A stretch of 64,000 nt of DNA from Macrostomum lignano (taxonomy: Eukaryota). Below are positions 43,801-60,740 of this stretch, piece by piece. Within the stretch, counting starts at the first letter, position 1. The number at the start of each line of letters is the position of its first letter. Location of the stretch: NCBI GenBank assembly GCA_002269645.1, contig NIVC01001498.1, forward strand, positions 214,602 to 278,601, read 5' to 3'. Position numbers and translations under genes: made by a program. The notes below the pieces were generated by a model that was not told the DNA's origin, did not search any database, and saw only the letters and a list, made by a program, of their open reading frames with translations.

Positions 43801-46800
43801 CGTCTTGCAGCTTTCTCTGCACGATCCGGACTGAGGTGGCCTTCTCGTATGCCACGTTTTGCAACTGGAGTTTTCGAATAGACGGGCTTGGGAGTGACAG
43901 GAGAAGAAATGAAGGCTGGGTGCTATGTAGGGAGAGGGAGATTGGAGAGAGATGTAAGGAGAGGGAGATTGGAGAGAGATGTAAGGAGAGGGAGATTGGA
44001 GAGAGATGTATTGTGGAGATTGGAGAGAGATGTATTGTGGAGATTGGAGAGAGATGTATTGTGGAGATTGGAGAGAGATGTATTGTGGAGATTGGAGAGA
44101 GATGTATTGTGGAGATTGGAGAGAGATGTGTTGTGGAGATGGAGAGAGATGTATTGTGGAGATTGGAGAGAGATGTATTGTGGAGATTGGAGAGAGATGT
44201 AGGGAGTGGAATATCAGAGAGATAGAGCGCAAAGGAGATTGGAGAGAGATGTAGGGAGAGGGAGATTGGAGAGAGATGTAGGGAGAGAGATTAGAGAGAG
44301 ATGTAGAGAGAGGGAGATCGGAGAGAGATGTAGGGAGAGGGAGATTGGAGAAAGATGTTAGGAGTGGAATATCAGAGAGATAGAGCGCAAAGGAGATTGG
44401 AGAGATATGTAGAGACTAAGTGAGTTTTGTAGCCTCTGTACTTAATTAAAAGCGCAAAAACCTGCCACATACTACTATTCGACTACTCACGCGTCTCAGC
44501 TCGTCAGCATCGGCATTTTTTCTTCTCTGATAGGATTGCACTTTTCTGTCCGCTGACTTGCACTGCTTCGTCTTTTCAATGTAGTCCTTGATCTCTTTCT
44601 GAGAATGTTTTGAAGAATGGTTTTTTATTGGTGTATTAATGAAATGGGGATTAGAAAGTGGGGGATTAGGGAATGGGGGATTAGCCAATGGGGATTAGGG
44701 AATGGGGGATTAGCCAATAGGGATTAGGGAATGGGGATTAGGCAATGGGGATTAGGCAATGGAGGAGTAGGGAATAGGGGATTAGGCAATGAGGGATTAG
44801 TAAATGGGAGATTAGGAAATGGTGGATTAGGGAATGGGGATTAGGTAATAGGGATTAGGCAATGGGGATTAGGCAATGGGGATTAGGCAATGGAGGATTA
44901 GGGAATAGGGGATTAGGGAATTGGGATTAGGGAATGAGGGATTAGGGAATGGAGGATTAGGGAATAAGGAATATAGGAAATGGGAACTTTAGGGAATGGG
45001 GGAATAGGGATTGGTGAATTTAGGAAATTGGAAGCTCATATATGCAGTTTAAGGCATGAGAGGTGAAATAATGGGGAATACAGGGAATCAAAAATAAAAA
45101 ATAGACTATCTGAGTCGCGGGGAATTGAGTGTACAGGGAATTTAGAAAGAAAATCAGTTTAGTGAAATTAAATGCTAGGATAGTAAATTGTAATTCATGG
45201 CGAATACAGATGTTTAAATAGCCCATTGGGAAAACTTCAATAAATAACTGTTAATATCGCAGCTCACCTCATACGGGCCAAACTGATCCTTAAACACTAT
45301 CGTCTCCTCAATCGGAATTGTCTCCAGGCTCTTTGCACCGTTTTGCCCAATATTTGTCAGAATCTGCAAATGATTTTGCAAAATTATTAAGACTTTTTAT
45401 TCTATAAATGCACGTTTATGACAAAAAAACAATTTTTACCTCAAAGCTGCGTCTAAACTCTGACTTCTCAACCCAGTTGTCTTCATACAGGCTGTCCAAC
45501 TCTGAGAAAAACTTCTGCTGCGATGTGATGAAGGCTGGAGACGAGATAACTAAGTGTTAACTGGGGCTGTTTGCAATGAAACCCATTAAAAAGCACTACT
45601 ATACTACTTCACACCTCCCCGACTCTCTACCCCTAGCCTAAATAAACCCCACTCCTCCCGGACTCTCTACCCCTAGCCTAAATAAACCCCACTCCTCCCC
45701 GAATCTCTACTCCTAGCCTAAATAAACCCCACTCCTCCCCGATTCTCTACCCCTAGCCTAAATAAACCCCACTCCTCCCCGACTCTCTACTCCTAGCCTA
45801 AATAAACCCCACTCCTCCCCGACTCTCTACTCCTAGCCTAAATAAACCCCACTCGTCCCCGACTCTCTACCCCTAGCCTAGGTAAACCCCACTTCTACCC
45901 GACTCTCTACCCCTAGCCTAAATAAACCCCACTCGTCCCCGACTCTCTACCCCTAGCCTAGGTAAACCCCACTTCTACCCGACTCTCTACCCCTAGCCTA
46001 AATAAACACCACTCGTCCCTGACTCTCTACCCCTAGCCTAGGTAAACCCCACTTCTACCCGACTCTCTACCCCTAGCCTAAATAAACCCCACTCGTCCCC
46101 GACTCTCTACCCCTAGCCTAGGTAAACCCCACTTCTACCCGACTCTCTGCCCCTAGCCTAAATAAACACCACTTTTTCAGAAAAGCTTAAGCCACACACC
46201 CTAGATATTCCTTCATTAAATTTGACATTAATTCCCAGGGAATATTCCTTCACTCACTTCTATAGGACTCCGTGTATTGTCGAAGAACTTTATACAGTCT
46301 ATCCATCTTTTTCTGAAATGTAAGAATTAAAATAAACTGATTCTATAAGCGCATAATTTATTCACTCATAAAATTACTCGTGAAATCATTCAGGAGCTCA
46401 TGCATGAACTGATTCATTAAATCACTAATAAACTCACTCAAAAACTTAATAAACTCATTCATGGCTGAAACCGACTCACTGATAAATTCACTCAAAAAAC
46501 TCACCTTATAAGCACATCCATAAACTCACACGTAAACTCAATCATAAACACACTCTCAACTCATCTATAAACAAATTTATAAACACACGGATAAACTCAT
46601 TCCTAAACTGACTCATAAACTCACTCATACGAGCGTAAACTCATTTATTAACACACCTATAAACTCACCAATAAACGCTCCCATAAACTCAGTCATAAAC
46701 TAATTTATAAACACACATAAACTCAGTCATAAACTAATTTATAAACACACATATACTACTCATAAACTCACCCACAAACTCACTCATGAACTCACCTTCA

Positions 46801-47130
46801 AATTCTTGAGCTTCTCATCGCTCGCCATTACCGAGTCGGTCTCAGCCATGCCGCTCGAAGCCGAAGGTGAGAGGCCGCTGAAATTCTAAAACAAAAATTG
46901 GGTCGCGCGCAGCACAAGGCCAAGAATTAGCAAGTCACTACCTCTTTAAAGCAATTAGCAGAGTCGCAAGAAGCCCCAGATAGAAACATCCAACTAAGCA
47001 GCAGTCGAAGTGAGTGTTGATGAAAATCGAATGTCTAATAAAATTTAGCCAATTCAAATCCTATTTTAGAAAAAGCCAGTTCGATATAAATGCAGAGCCA
47101 TAACTTTACCATCTTCCTGAGGGTTTCCAT
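40894..47130 (-). CDS. BAR-domain protein, amphiphysin/BIN-like, no SH3 domain, about 337 aa, 11 exons
   Basis: Exons 47130-47110, 46885-46796, 46312-46258, 45534(or 45549)-45440, 45363-45268, 44598-44491, 43864-43779, 43705-43630, 42699-42617, 42562-42493, 41127-40894. All are GT-AG with matching phases. Motifs match amphiphysin BAR: RLYKVLRQY (RLQKDLRTY), SLYEDNW (EVYEPDW), LQDELPKFYNSRMEFY (LQEELPSLWNSRVGFY). First and last exons are less certain. Confidence 0.8.
41200..42370. repeat. 23-bp minisatellite (ATGGAATCTCACCGTAATCTCTC) in BAR intron 10
   Basis: About 38 near-identical units plus degenerate copies. Confidence 0.96.
42722..43580. repeat. 20-bp minisatellite (GTGAGAGTGACATGGGTGAT) in BAR intron 8
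   Basis: Direct reading. Confidence 0.94.
43920..44410. repeat. 24-bp purine-rich repeat (GAGAGATGTATTGTGGAGATTGGA) in BAR intron 6
   Basis: Direct reading. Confidence 0.9.
44645..45040. repeat. About 14-bp G-rich repeat (GGGGATTAGGGAAT) in BAR intron 5
   Basis: Direct reading. Confidence 0.88.
45612..46170. repeat. 40-bp minisatellite (CCCACTCCTCCCCGACTCTCTACCCCTAGCCTAAATAAAC) in BAR intron 3
   Basis: About 14 units, with alternating AAATAAA/AGGTAAA variants in the right half. Confidence 0.93.
46370..46795. repeat. Degenerate ATAAACTCAC repeat in BAR intron 2
   Basis: Recurrent TAAACTCA motif. Confidence 0.7.
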
Positions 47131-47202
47131 GTTGCTGGCGGATACGGGAGGGCAGGAGCTGGTGGCAGGAAGGCCAGTGTGAAAGCCAGCGCCAATGCAT
47201 GA

Positions 47203-47210
47203 TTTATATA
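47203..47210 (-). promoter_or_regulatory. TATA box of the BAR gene
   Basis: TATATAAA on the minus strand, about 75 nt upstream of an ATG in good Kozak context (gcaacATGG, 47130). Confidence 0.55.
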
Positions 47211-47689
47211 CGGCGCCCTGTGAACTAAAATCAGACAGAATACACGAGATCATTTCTTGCTTTAATGAAGGCCATGCGGGCTAAGATAATTAGTTGCCAA
47301 TGAGATATGAGGCTGCGGACTAGGTTGCCCGCTGATAACTTCAGGCTCTGTCGCCAATGTACGGCAAACTGAACTCTACTGTAAACACTGCAGCCTGTGC
47401 TGATGCAGATAAGAAGCTGGCAGGACTGCCTAGGTGTACAACAGTCCACTTTGCTGATACTGACTGCAGGGCGGATTGCAAGCCTCTATCAGGTATGCAA
47501 TTCTTAGAGATTTAATAGGTGGGCATGTCGGCCGCAAACCGAACCAGACTGGATTTGTTTTGCTTTTTTCTGCGCTGTGGCTGCTGGATAGGCAGCTTTT
47601 TTACAGTATAGAAAATTCTTTGCTGTCCCTGTGGCGAGTTGGTTCGCTTCATCCTCCTGTGAAACTCTGTGTGCGATCCCTTGCTGTCT

Positions 47690-48205
47690 TCTCTGTGTCA
47701 CCCCCTCTCCATCTACCTCCCCTTAATCTCTCCGTCTCTCCCCCTCCCCGTCTGCCACCCCCTCCCCCTCTCCAGCTCTCCCTCTCCCCGCCTACCTCTC
47801 CTTCCCCCTCTCCCTCGCCGTCTCTCCCTCTCCGTCTCTCCCTCTCCCTCTCCGTCTCTCCCTCTCCCTCTCCGTCTCTCCCTCTCCCACTCCGTCTCTC
47901 CCTCTCCCACTCCGTCTCTCCCTCTCCCTCTCCGTCTCTCCCTCTCCCTCTCCGTCTCTCCCTCTCCCTCTCCGTCTCTCCCTATCCGCCTCTGTCTCCG
48001 TCTCTCCCTCGCCGTCTCTCCCTCGCCGTCTCTCCCTCTCCCTCTCCGTCTCTCCCTCTCCGCCCCTGTCTCCGTCTTTCCCTCTCCATTTTCATCTTTC
48101 CCTCTCCGTTTTCCGTCTTTCCGTCTCCGTCTTTCCCTCTCAATCTCCGTCTCTCCCTCTCCCTCTCCCTCTCCCTCTCTCTTCCTCTTCCTGTCCTCTC
48201 TCCTA
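47690..48205. repeat. C/T-rich repeat (CTCCCTCTCCGTCT) between the SLC6 and BAR genes
   Basis: Direct reading. Confidence 0.88.
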
Positions 48206-49174
48206 CTCCAGCCACTCTGATGCATTCGGTCAAAAACAAGTCAAGCCAAACAATTTTTGTAGCGCCCTTGGCAGACCTGCCTTTTTGGGTGGAGCTTGTG
48301 AACTATATTTTTTAAGTCGCAAACACCAAGACTAGTTGTAATGACGCACACAATATCGAATTAAAATCAACACAATACTTTTTAACAGAAGATACAAAAA
48401 AACTGACGACAAAAGAGAACGCCTTGAGTAAAACTGTGAAAGAAATGTTTCAAAATGATCCTATAAAAAGAATTATTTGAACTTGCGCTTAACTACTACT
48501 CAATTACGGAATATATTACTATTAGTAGAGCATTAGATATACTTTTCAAGCTAATTTAATAGTAAATCCTGAAATGCATAAGAAAAAAAGTGTCCCCATG
48601 GTGATTCCATGGCTAATTAAAACTACTTAGAACAAAAATGGCAAGCAGAAAAACACAATAGTGTAAATTTTAAAGTACGAGCGTACATGTGTACTTGCAA
48701 AGCTACCAGAGCTTTACACTAAAGATATGACGATTCTAATGATAGAAAAGCCAAAAACACGAATTCTAACTTTAAGAAATTGCTTTTTAGAAAGGCAATT
48801 TCGACGACAGATATAGACTATTCTATTGCAATTTGCAAAGTTTAATTCTTTGCTGATTAAAAAAAATTGCTGAAGGTTTCAAACAGTCTCGAGTTCATGA
48901 TTTATACAACTTACTAACTCAGTAGTTTACTTGTCTAAAATTTAAGCTATAGATTAATTCATTATTTGTGCGATTGAAAGAAAGTAATTGTTTATTAATT
49001 ACGTTCCTTAGATATTCAGAGTGGAAATTTCTCTGAGAAATATAGTATCTAGGATTTTTATTTAATAGGGAATTCGTCACAAATAATACAGCTTGGATAA
49101 TAAAATTGAGATTCCGAGAAATCCAGTCACTTTGGCATTCAATAAATTTGAAATTCTATGAAATACAGTCGCTA

Positions 49175-49606
49175 GGCTATTCAATAAATAGGGAAATTCT
49201 AAGAAATCAAGCAGCTTTGCCATTCATTAAATAGGGAAATTCTAAGAAACCAAGCAGCAATGCTATTTTAAATAAATAGGGAAATTCTAAGAAACCAAGC
49301 AGCAATGCTATTTTAAATAAATAGGGAAATTCTAAGAAACCAAGCAGCAATGCTATTTTAAATAAATAGGGAAATTCTAAGAAACCAAGCAGCAATGCTA
49401 TTTTAAATAAATAGGGAAATTCTAAGAAACCAAGCAGCTTTGCCATTCATTAAATAGGGAAATTCTAAGAAACCAAGCAGCAATGCTATTTTAAATAAAT
49501 AGGGAAATTCTAAGAAACCCAAACAGCAATGCTATTTTAAATAAATAGGGAAATTCTAAAAAACCAAGCAGCAATGCTATTCAATTAATAGGGAAATTCT
49601 AAGAAA
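49175..49606. repeat. 45-bp minisatellite downstream of the SLC6 stop (AAATAGGGAAATTCTAAGAAACCAAGCAGCAATGCTATTTTAAAT)
   Basis: About 9 units. Confidence 0.92.
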
Positions 49607-49732
49607 CGGTATGGCTTAAACTAAAAAAATATTTTTTCTGTTATGTATAAACTACTCCATGAACTCTCGACCGTCGTTTAAAAGTTCATTTCAAAACAGC
49701 GTTAATTATACGCTTAACCCTAATTAACATAA

Positions 49733-55880
<6,148 letters not shown>

Positions 55881-56544
55881 TGATAACGCGATTCAGTAAA
55901 TATATCAGGAAGCTTGCAGAATCAAAGTCTGGCTCCAAATCCTTCAGATCGTATTTTTATATAAGTCTGAGACCAAGGATTTACTCCGCGGAGGCGGGTG
56001 GGGGCGAGGGCGACGGCGAGGTAATATAGCCGGTTAGAAAGCGGCCAGTCGGAAGGTGAGGGGGAATTTCCATTCCAGTTCCCGTCCTGAGTCAGGGGAG
56101 GGGGGCTGGTTGTGGGAAATCCACAGATAGCCTAGATTCCTTAATGCTGACGTTGCACGCTGTTCCTACGTGATTCGGCAGATGAGCTGCGGGCTGGGGG
56201 GTTGTGAGATGGGGGGATCCGGTTGGGTCCGGTTTTAGCCGGCTAGGCTGGTCTCCCATCCAACCCGACTCAAACCCCAAGGCTCCCTCAGTTCTCAATT
56301 GACGAATACGAGCTTAGCAAACGGTGGGATGTTGGGATGATTAAAGAGACGTGGCGCAGCTGTTATTGAGGCTATTCGAGAGTTAATAACTAGGACAACA
56401 AGGATGACAAGGTTAACAAAAATTTAGGCTGATGAAAATATTGCATCGGAGTAATAAATTATTTTTGAATATTTATCCATGCATATTTAACACTTTAGGT
56501 CTTTTGATACTTTTTCATGGTTTATGGCTCAAAGGTTTGCCAGC

Positions 56545-57420
56545 TGATGGGTTGTCGGTTGAGATGGTTGTCGGCTGAAGGGTTGTCGGTTAAGATGGTT
56601 GCAGTCAGCTGATGGGGTTGTCGGTTGAGATGGTTGTCGGTTAAGATGGTTGCAGTCAGCTGATGGGGTTGTCGGCTGATGAGTTGTCGATTGAGATGGT
56701 TGTCGGCTAATAAGTTGTCGGTTGAGATGGTTGTCGGCTAATGAGTTGTCGGTTGAGATGGTTGTCGGCTGATGAGTTGTCGGTTGAGATGGTTGTCGGC
56801 TAATGAGTTGTCGGTTGAGATGGTTGTCGGCTGATGAGTTGTCGGTTGAGATGGTTGTCGGCTGATGAGTTGTCGATTGAGATGGTTGTCGGCTAATAAG
56901 TTGTCGGTTGAGATGGTTGTCGGCTAATAAGTTGTCGGTTGAGATGGTTGTCGGCTGATGAGTTGTCGGTTGAGATGGTTGTCGGCTGATGAGTTGTCGG
57001 TTGAGATGGTTGTCGGCTAATAAGTTGTCGGTTGAGATGGTTGTCGGCTAATAAGTTGTCGGTTGAGATGGTTGTCGGCTAATGAGTTGTCGGTTGAGAT
57101 GGTTGTCGGCTGATGAGTTGTCGATTGAGATGGTTGTCCGCTGATGAGTTGTCGGTTGAGATGGTTGTCGGCTGATGAGTTGTCGATTGAGATGGTTGTC
57201 CGCTGATGAGTTGTCGGTTGAGATGGTTGTCGGCTAATGAGTTGTCGGTTGAGATGGTTGTCGGCTAATGAGTTGTCGGTTGAGATGGTTGTCGGCTAAT
57301 GAGTTGTCGGTTGAGATGGTTGTCGGCTAATGAGTTGTCGATTGAGATGGTTGCATGGAGTCAGCTGATGGGGTTTTGGTTGTGATGGTTGTCAGCTGAA
57401 GGGGTTGTCAGCTGGTAAAA
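56545..57420. repeat. 31-bp minisatellite (GTTGTCGGTTGAGATGGTTGTCGGCTGATGA) upstream of SLC6
   Basis: Direct reading. Confidence 0.93.
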
Positions 57421-58196
57421 GTAAGGGATGTAAGCGTGTTGGGATATTGTGTACTGTTTGACTCCAGACTACTAAAGAAATTTTTTCTGATATTGTGTCT
57501 TCCCGCGGCTTTCCATTTCCCCTTTTTAAATCAATCTTCAAAAATCAATTTCCAGACTGAGCAGAGCCGGACAGAAAAGTGATAAACAACACAGAGCTCT
57601 AAGTTATTGCTTCTAAAATTGTCTAGCTACGAGTACATGCGCTGCTACCTGCTATGGGCATCAATAATTTCGATTCTAAGCTCAAAACAATAAAGAAGCT
57701 GATAGAACGAATGAAGAATTATGAACTGACCATGAATCAGATAGTTTTTATCGACTCAAATTGATGATAGATTTGCCCTTGGTAATTACACATGATTACT
57801 CTTTTTGCAAACTCGCTGGCACGCCGGCCAGGGACTACTCTAAATAAAAGTTTAAATTAAAATAGTCCTTTCGAGCACGCTATTTTCTACAGGAGTTATT
57901 TGTAATTGACTACAATTGACTAAGTATTTCTTTGATTGTCGCGGTTCAAGTGGTTTTATTTACGAGCGGTAGTATAATTTCAACAAATATCTTAATTGTA
58001 GATAAAATTCCGCTTTCACTAATAAATAATAATTAAGTAAATTCCAATAGTGTCAAATAGTTTCCATTGAAATGTACTATTTTAACGCTAACTGGATAAA
58101 TAAGTGAGTCCAGCTTGTGAAAAACACAGACGTCAATTTCCCGAGCAATTCTGCTTGAAATTTCACTTAAAACTGGGTTATAGACTACTTAAAGTA

Positions 58197-58441
58197 CACA
58201 TTTTCACGTTCAATTTTGATCAGAGTCCACAGTTCTAAAAAAACTAGCGGAAAGTCAATTCAGACTGGGGACATTTTTGTCTGTGGCTAAACCTTGCTTC
58301 AGTGGCAAAATGGACAGAATGTTTTGAGCTGGGGTTTGTTTTTATTGATTTTCCGTAAGCGTTGCCTGAATTGTCTGAATTGAATTTCCGCTAGTTTTTT
58401 TAGAACTGGACTTTGATCAAAATTGAACGTGAAAAGGTGTG
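58197..58441. mobile_element. MITE, 245 bp, about 69-bp terminal inverted repeats, TA-flanked (Tc1/mariner-type)
   Basis: Left arm 58197-58265 (CACATTTTCACGTTCAATTTTGATCAGAGTCCACAGTTCTAAAAAAACTAGCGGAAAGTCAATTCAGAC) is the near-perfect reverse complement of 58373-58441. TA at 58195-96 and 58442-43. Confidence 0.8.
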
Positions 58442-58645
58442 TAGTTGCTTACAAGCAACAAGCAGAGTTTGATTTTTCGTGAGAAATACGACTCAAGTGG
58501 GATGAATCGTTGTGAACTAGAATCTAATTGCTTTGCCAACAAGTTCTCGTATTATTAGAAAACAACTGGAGTTAGACGTCGTGTAATTTCTTGGTCTATC
58601 TATAAAGCCTAAGGGTCTCAAAATGGAAGCGTGGCCGATTTTTTC

Positions 58646-58858
58646 GCATGCAATGGCGGGTACAGCACGCCTGTGTAGCATGAGACAGACTAGGCCTACG
58701 AGCTAAGGTCTGCGATCCTACACACCTGCACCCCCTCTATTCTGGTGCAGGAATGGCAGGAGAACTCTCTCCAAGCTGACTCGCAAGCCGACCCAGGGGT
58801 TCGCGCCCCGCATGTGTTCAAGGCAGCCCTAGGGCTGCTGGACTGACTGGGCTCCGGC
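58646..58858 (+). ncRNA. HDV/CPEB3-like self-cleaving ribozyme at the retrotransposon 5' end
   Basis: P1 GCATGC 58646-51 / GCATGT 58810-15 (G.U first pair); P2 CCCAG 58792-96 / CTGGG 58847-51; P3 GGG 58797-99 / CCC 58807-09; L3 TTCGCGC; P1.1 C58802-G58816; P4 58818-58842; J4/2 CTGA with catalytic C58843. Paired by eye, activity untested. Confidence 0.75.
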
Positions 58859-59242
58859 GGCGGCAACCCATCCGTGGCCTTTTGGCCAAGTTGGGTACGG
58901 GCTCCGCCCGGAAGTGAACCTGTGCAGGTACCTCTGGCCACGGCTCTGAGGAACAGGTACCACCCTCTGACCTTAACAGGGTATGCGGCCAGTCCGCAGG
59001 CTCCGGAGGCAGTCCTCCTGCTTCCCTCAAGGGCCCAGTGTAGTACCGTGCTGATGGTCCTTTGGTTCGGCCTCTGGTTTCTCCAAGCCGGGCTCTTAGC
59101 CGGGGAGTTTCTCGGTTGCTAGCGGTCGGGCCGGTACGGGCTTAAGCCACCCCCGGTCGCTGCCTCTTGGCCTGGCTGTTGGGTTTGGGGTTACGGCCCA
59201 GCGGCTTCTCACCTCTAGTCCCCACTCGCCTTTCAGCGACTC

Positions 59243-60695
59243 ATGGAGTATTCATTTACACCTAACACGACCGATGCTGCTGGAGCACCAACCGAGGTTG
59301 GCACCGCGGCTCAGCCGGACATTCGCAACACCGGAACCCCGGTGCCTCTCAATCTGCCGCTGCCGCCGCTCAGGATAATACCGGAGTGGCTGGACAAGAC
59401 AGCGGACCTCAGATTTCGAAAAAGAAGGCCCGTAGCATTGCTCGGTACAAAGCCTTTCTCCAGCGCAAAGCAGAGGAACGGAGGAATGCGAAAGCCGCCC
59501 CTCCGGCCACCTCTGAGGAGGGTGCCAGTAACTCTGCGAACCCCGCGGAGGAGCCGACATCCGACAAGGGGGTGGACCCCGCGCGCCGGTCTGATGCGTC
59601 AGGTGCCGCCGAATCTCCTGGTGCGGCTGGCCCCTCCCGTGACCGGACCTCTGCCCGTGTGGAAGCTCCCACGGCTGTGGAGGGATCCAAAGCGGGGGGC
59701 GCTGGCCAAACCACAAAGCCGAAGCGAACCTACGCGGCTATGGCCAAGAGGCAGCCGGCCCTGGTTATCCAAGGCCAGGAGACGCCTCTTACGGCCGAAC
59801 AGCTCCACCTTATCTGGCGCAGGTTGGACTCCCACCTGGTCAAGATGGCCTTGAGCGGCACCATCATTCGAGTCCAAAAGACGAAAGTCGAGGGCCAAGC
59901 CCTCTATATCCAGCCCGCCGACAGCCAGTCAGGACAGCAGCTCGAAACTTCGACTGGGGTACGGAGCTGGAGAACCTGTTCATCTACAGGGAGGACGAGC
60001 GACCCGGACACACCGGCACCGTGCCTGGATTCCGGCTCGCAGCTGCATCACCAAGGCCGACGAGCTGCGTCACCTGCTAGTGGCTTCCAACCCGGAGCTA
60101 CCGGCCAATGGTGTCGTAGTTCACGAGACCATCTCCAAGCCGGGCGGAGACGGTTTCACGGCTATTCTTGGACTGTCGGATAGCTGGATGCTCCGCTACC
60201 CGGACATGTCCATCATCTCTGTCGGGCTGTTGCAGATTCAGCTCTTTAGCTTCGAGTCTGACGCCACCCGCCCACCGCCCCCGGAGAAGCGTAAGCGGGC
60301 AGTCGGGGCTCTGCCGGCGGAAACGCCCAGGAAAAGAAGCTCCCGGCCGTCACGACCCCTCCGAGGACGTGGACCCTGTCAGAGGGAAAGCCGCGAAAGC
60401 TGCAGCAACAGGCGAACGTGGAAAGGGCCGGAAACCCGCCCGGAACACTATCCGCTCTGGTCTGACTCAGCGCGCGAAGCAGCTGCTGGACACCGCCAAG
60501 GCCCCCAACCGCAGCCACCCCCAGCCCAGTGTCACCACTGTGACTCCCCCGGAAAACCGGGCCGAGAGCGAGAATGCCGCCCAGGTAGCGACATCGCCCT
60601 CGACCATGGAATCCATCCGGGAGGAGCCCATGGAGCTGGAGCCTGAAGCTATCGGCGAGGCAGAAGAGGCAGCTCTCCTGCACAACTCGCCTTGA
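59243..60695 (+). CDS. Retrotransposon ORF1 (DUF4780-like by recall), broken by about five -1 frameshifts
   Basis: ATG 59243. Reconstructed frames give RTYAAMAKRQPALVIQGQETPLTAEQLHLIW, RHRAWIP, LRHLLVASNPEL, and end at HNSP-TGA 60695. No CCHC knuckle seen. Confidence 0.65.
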
Positions 60696-60740
60696 GCCGG
60701 CAGGAAGGAAGCTGCGCGGACCACTCGTGGAATCCCCGGA

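Noticed and set aside
44645-45040. Interstitial telomere
   Set aside because: The TTAGGG hexamers are dispersed within a 14-bp unit, not tandem.
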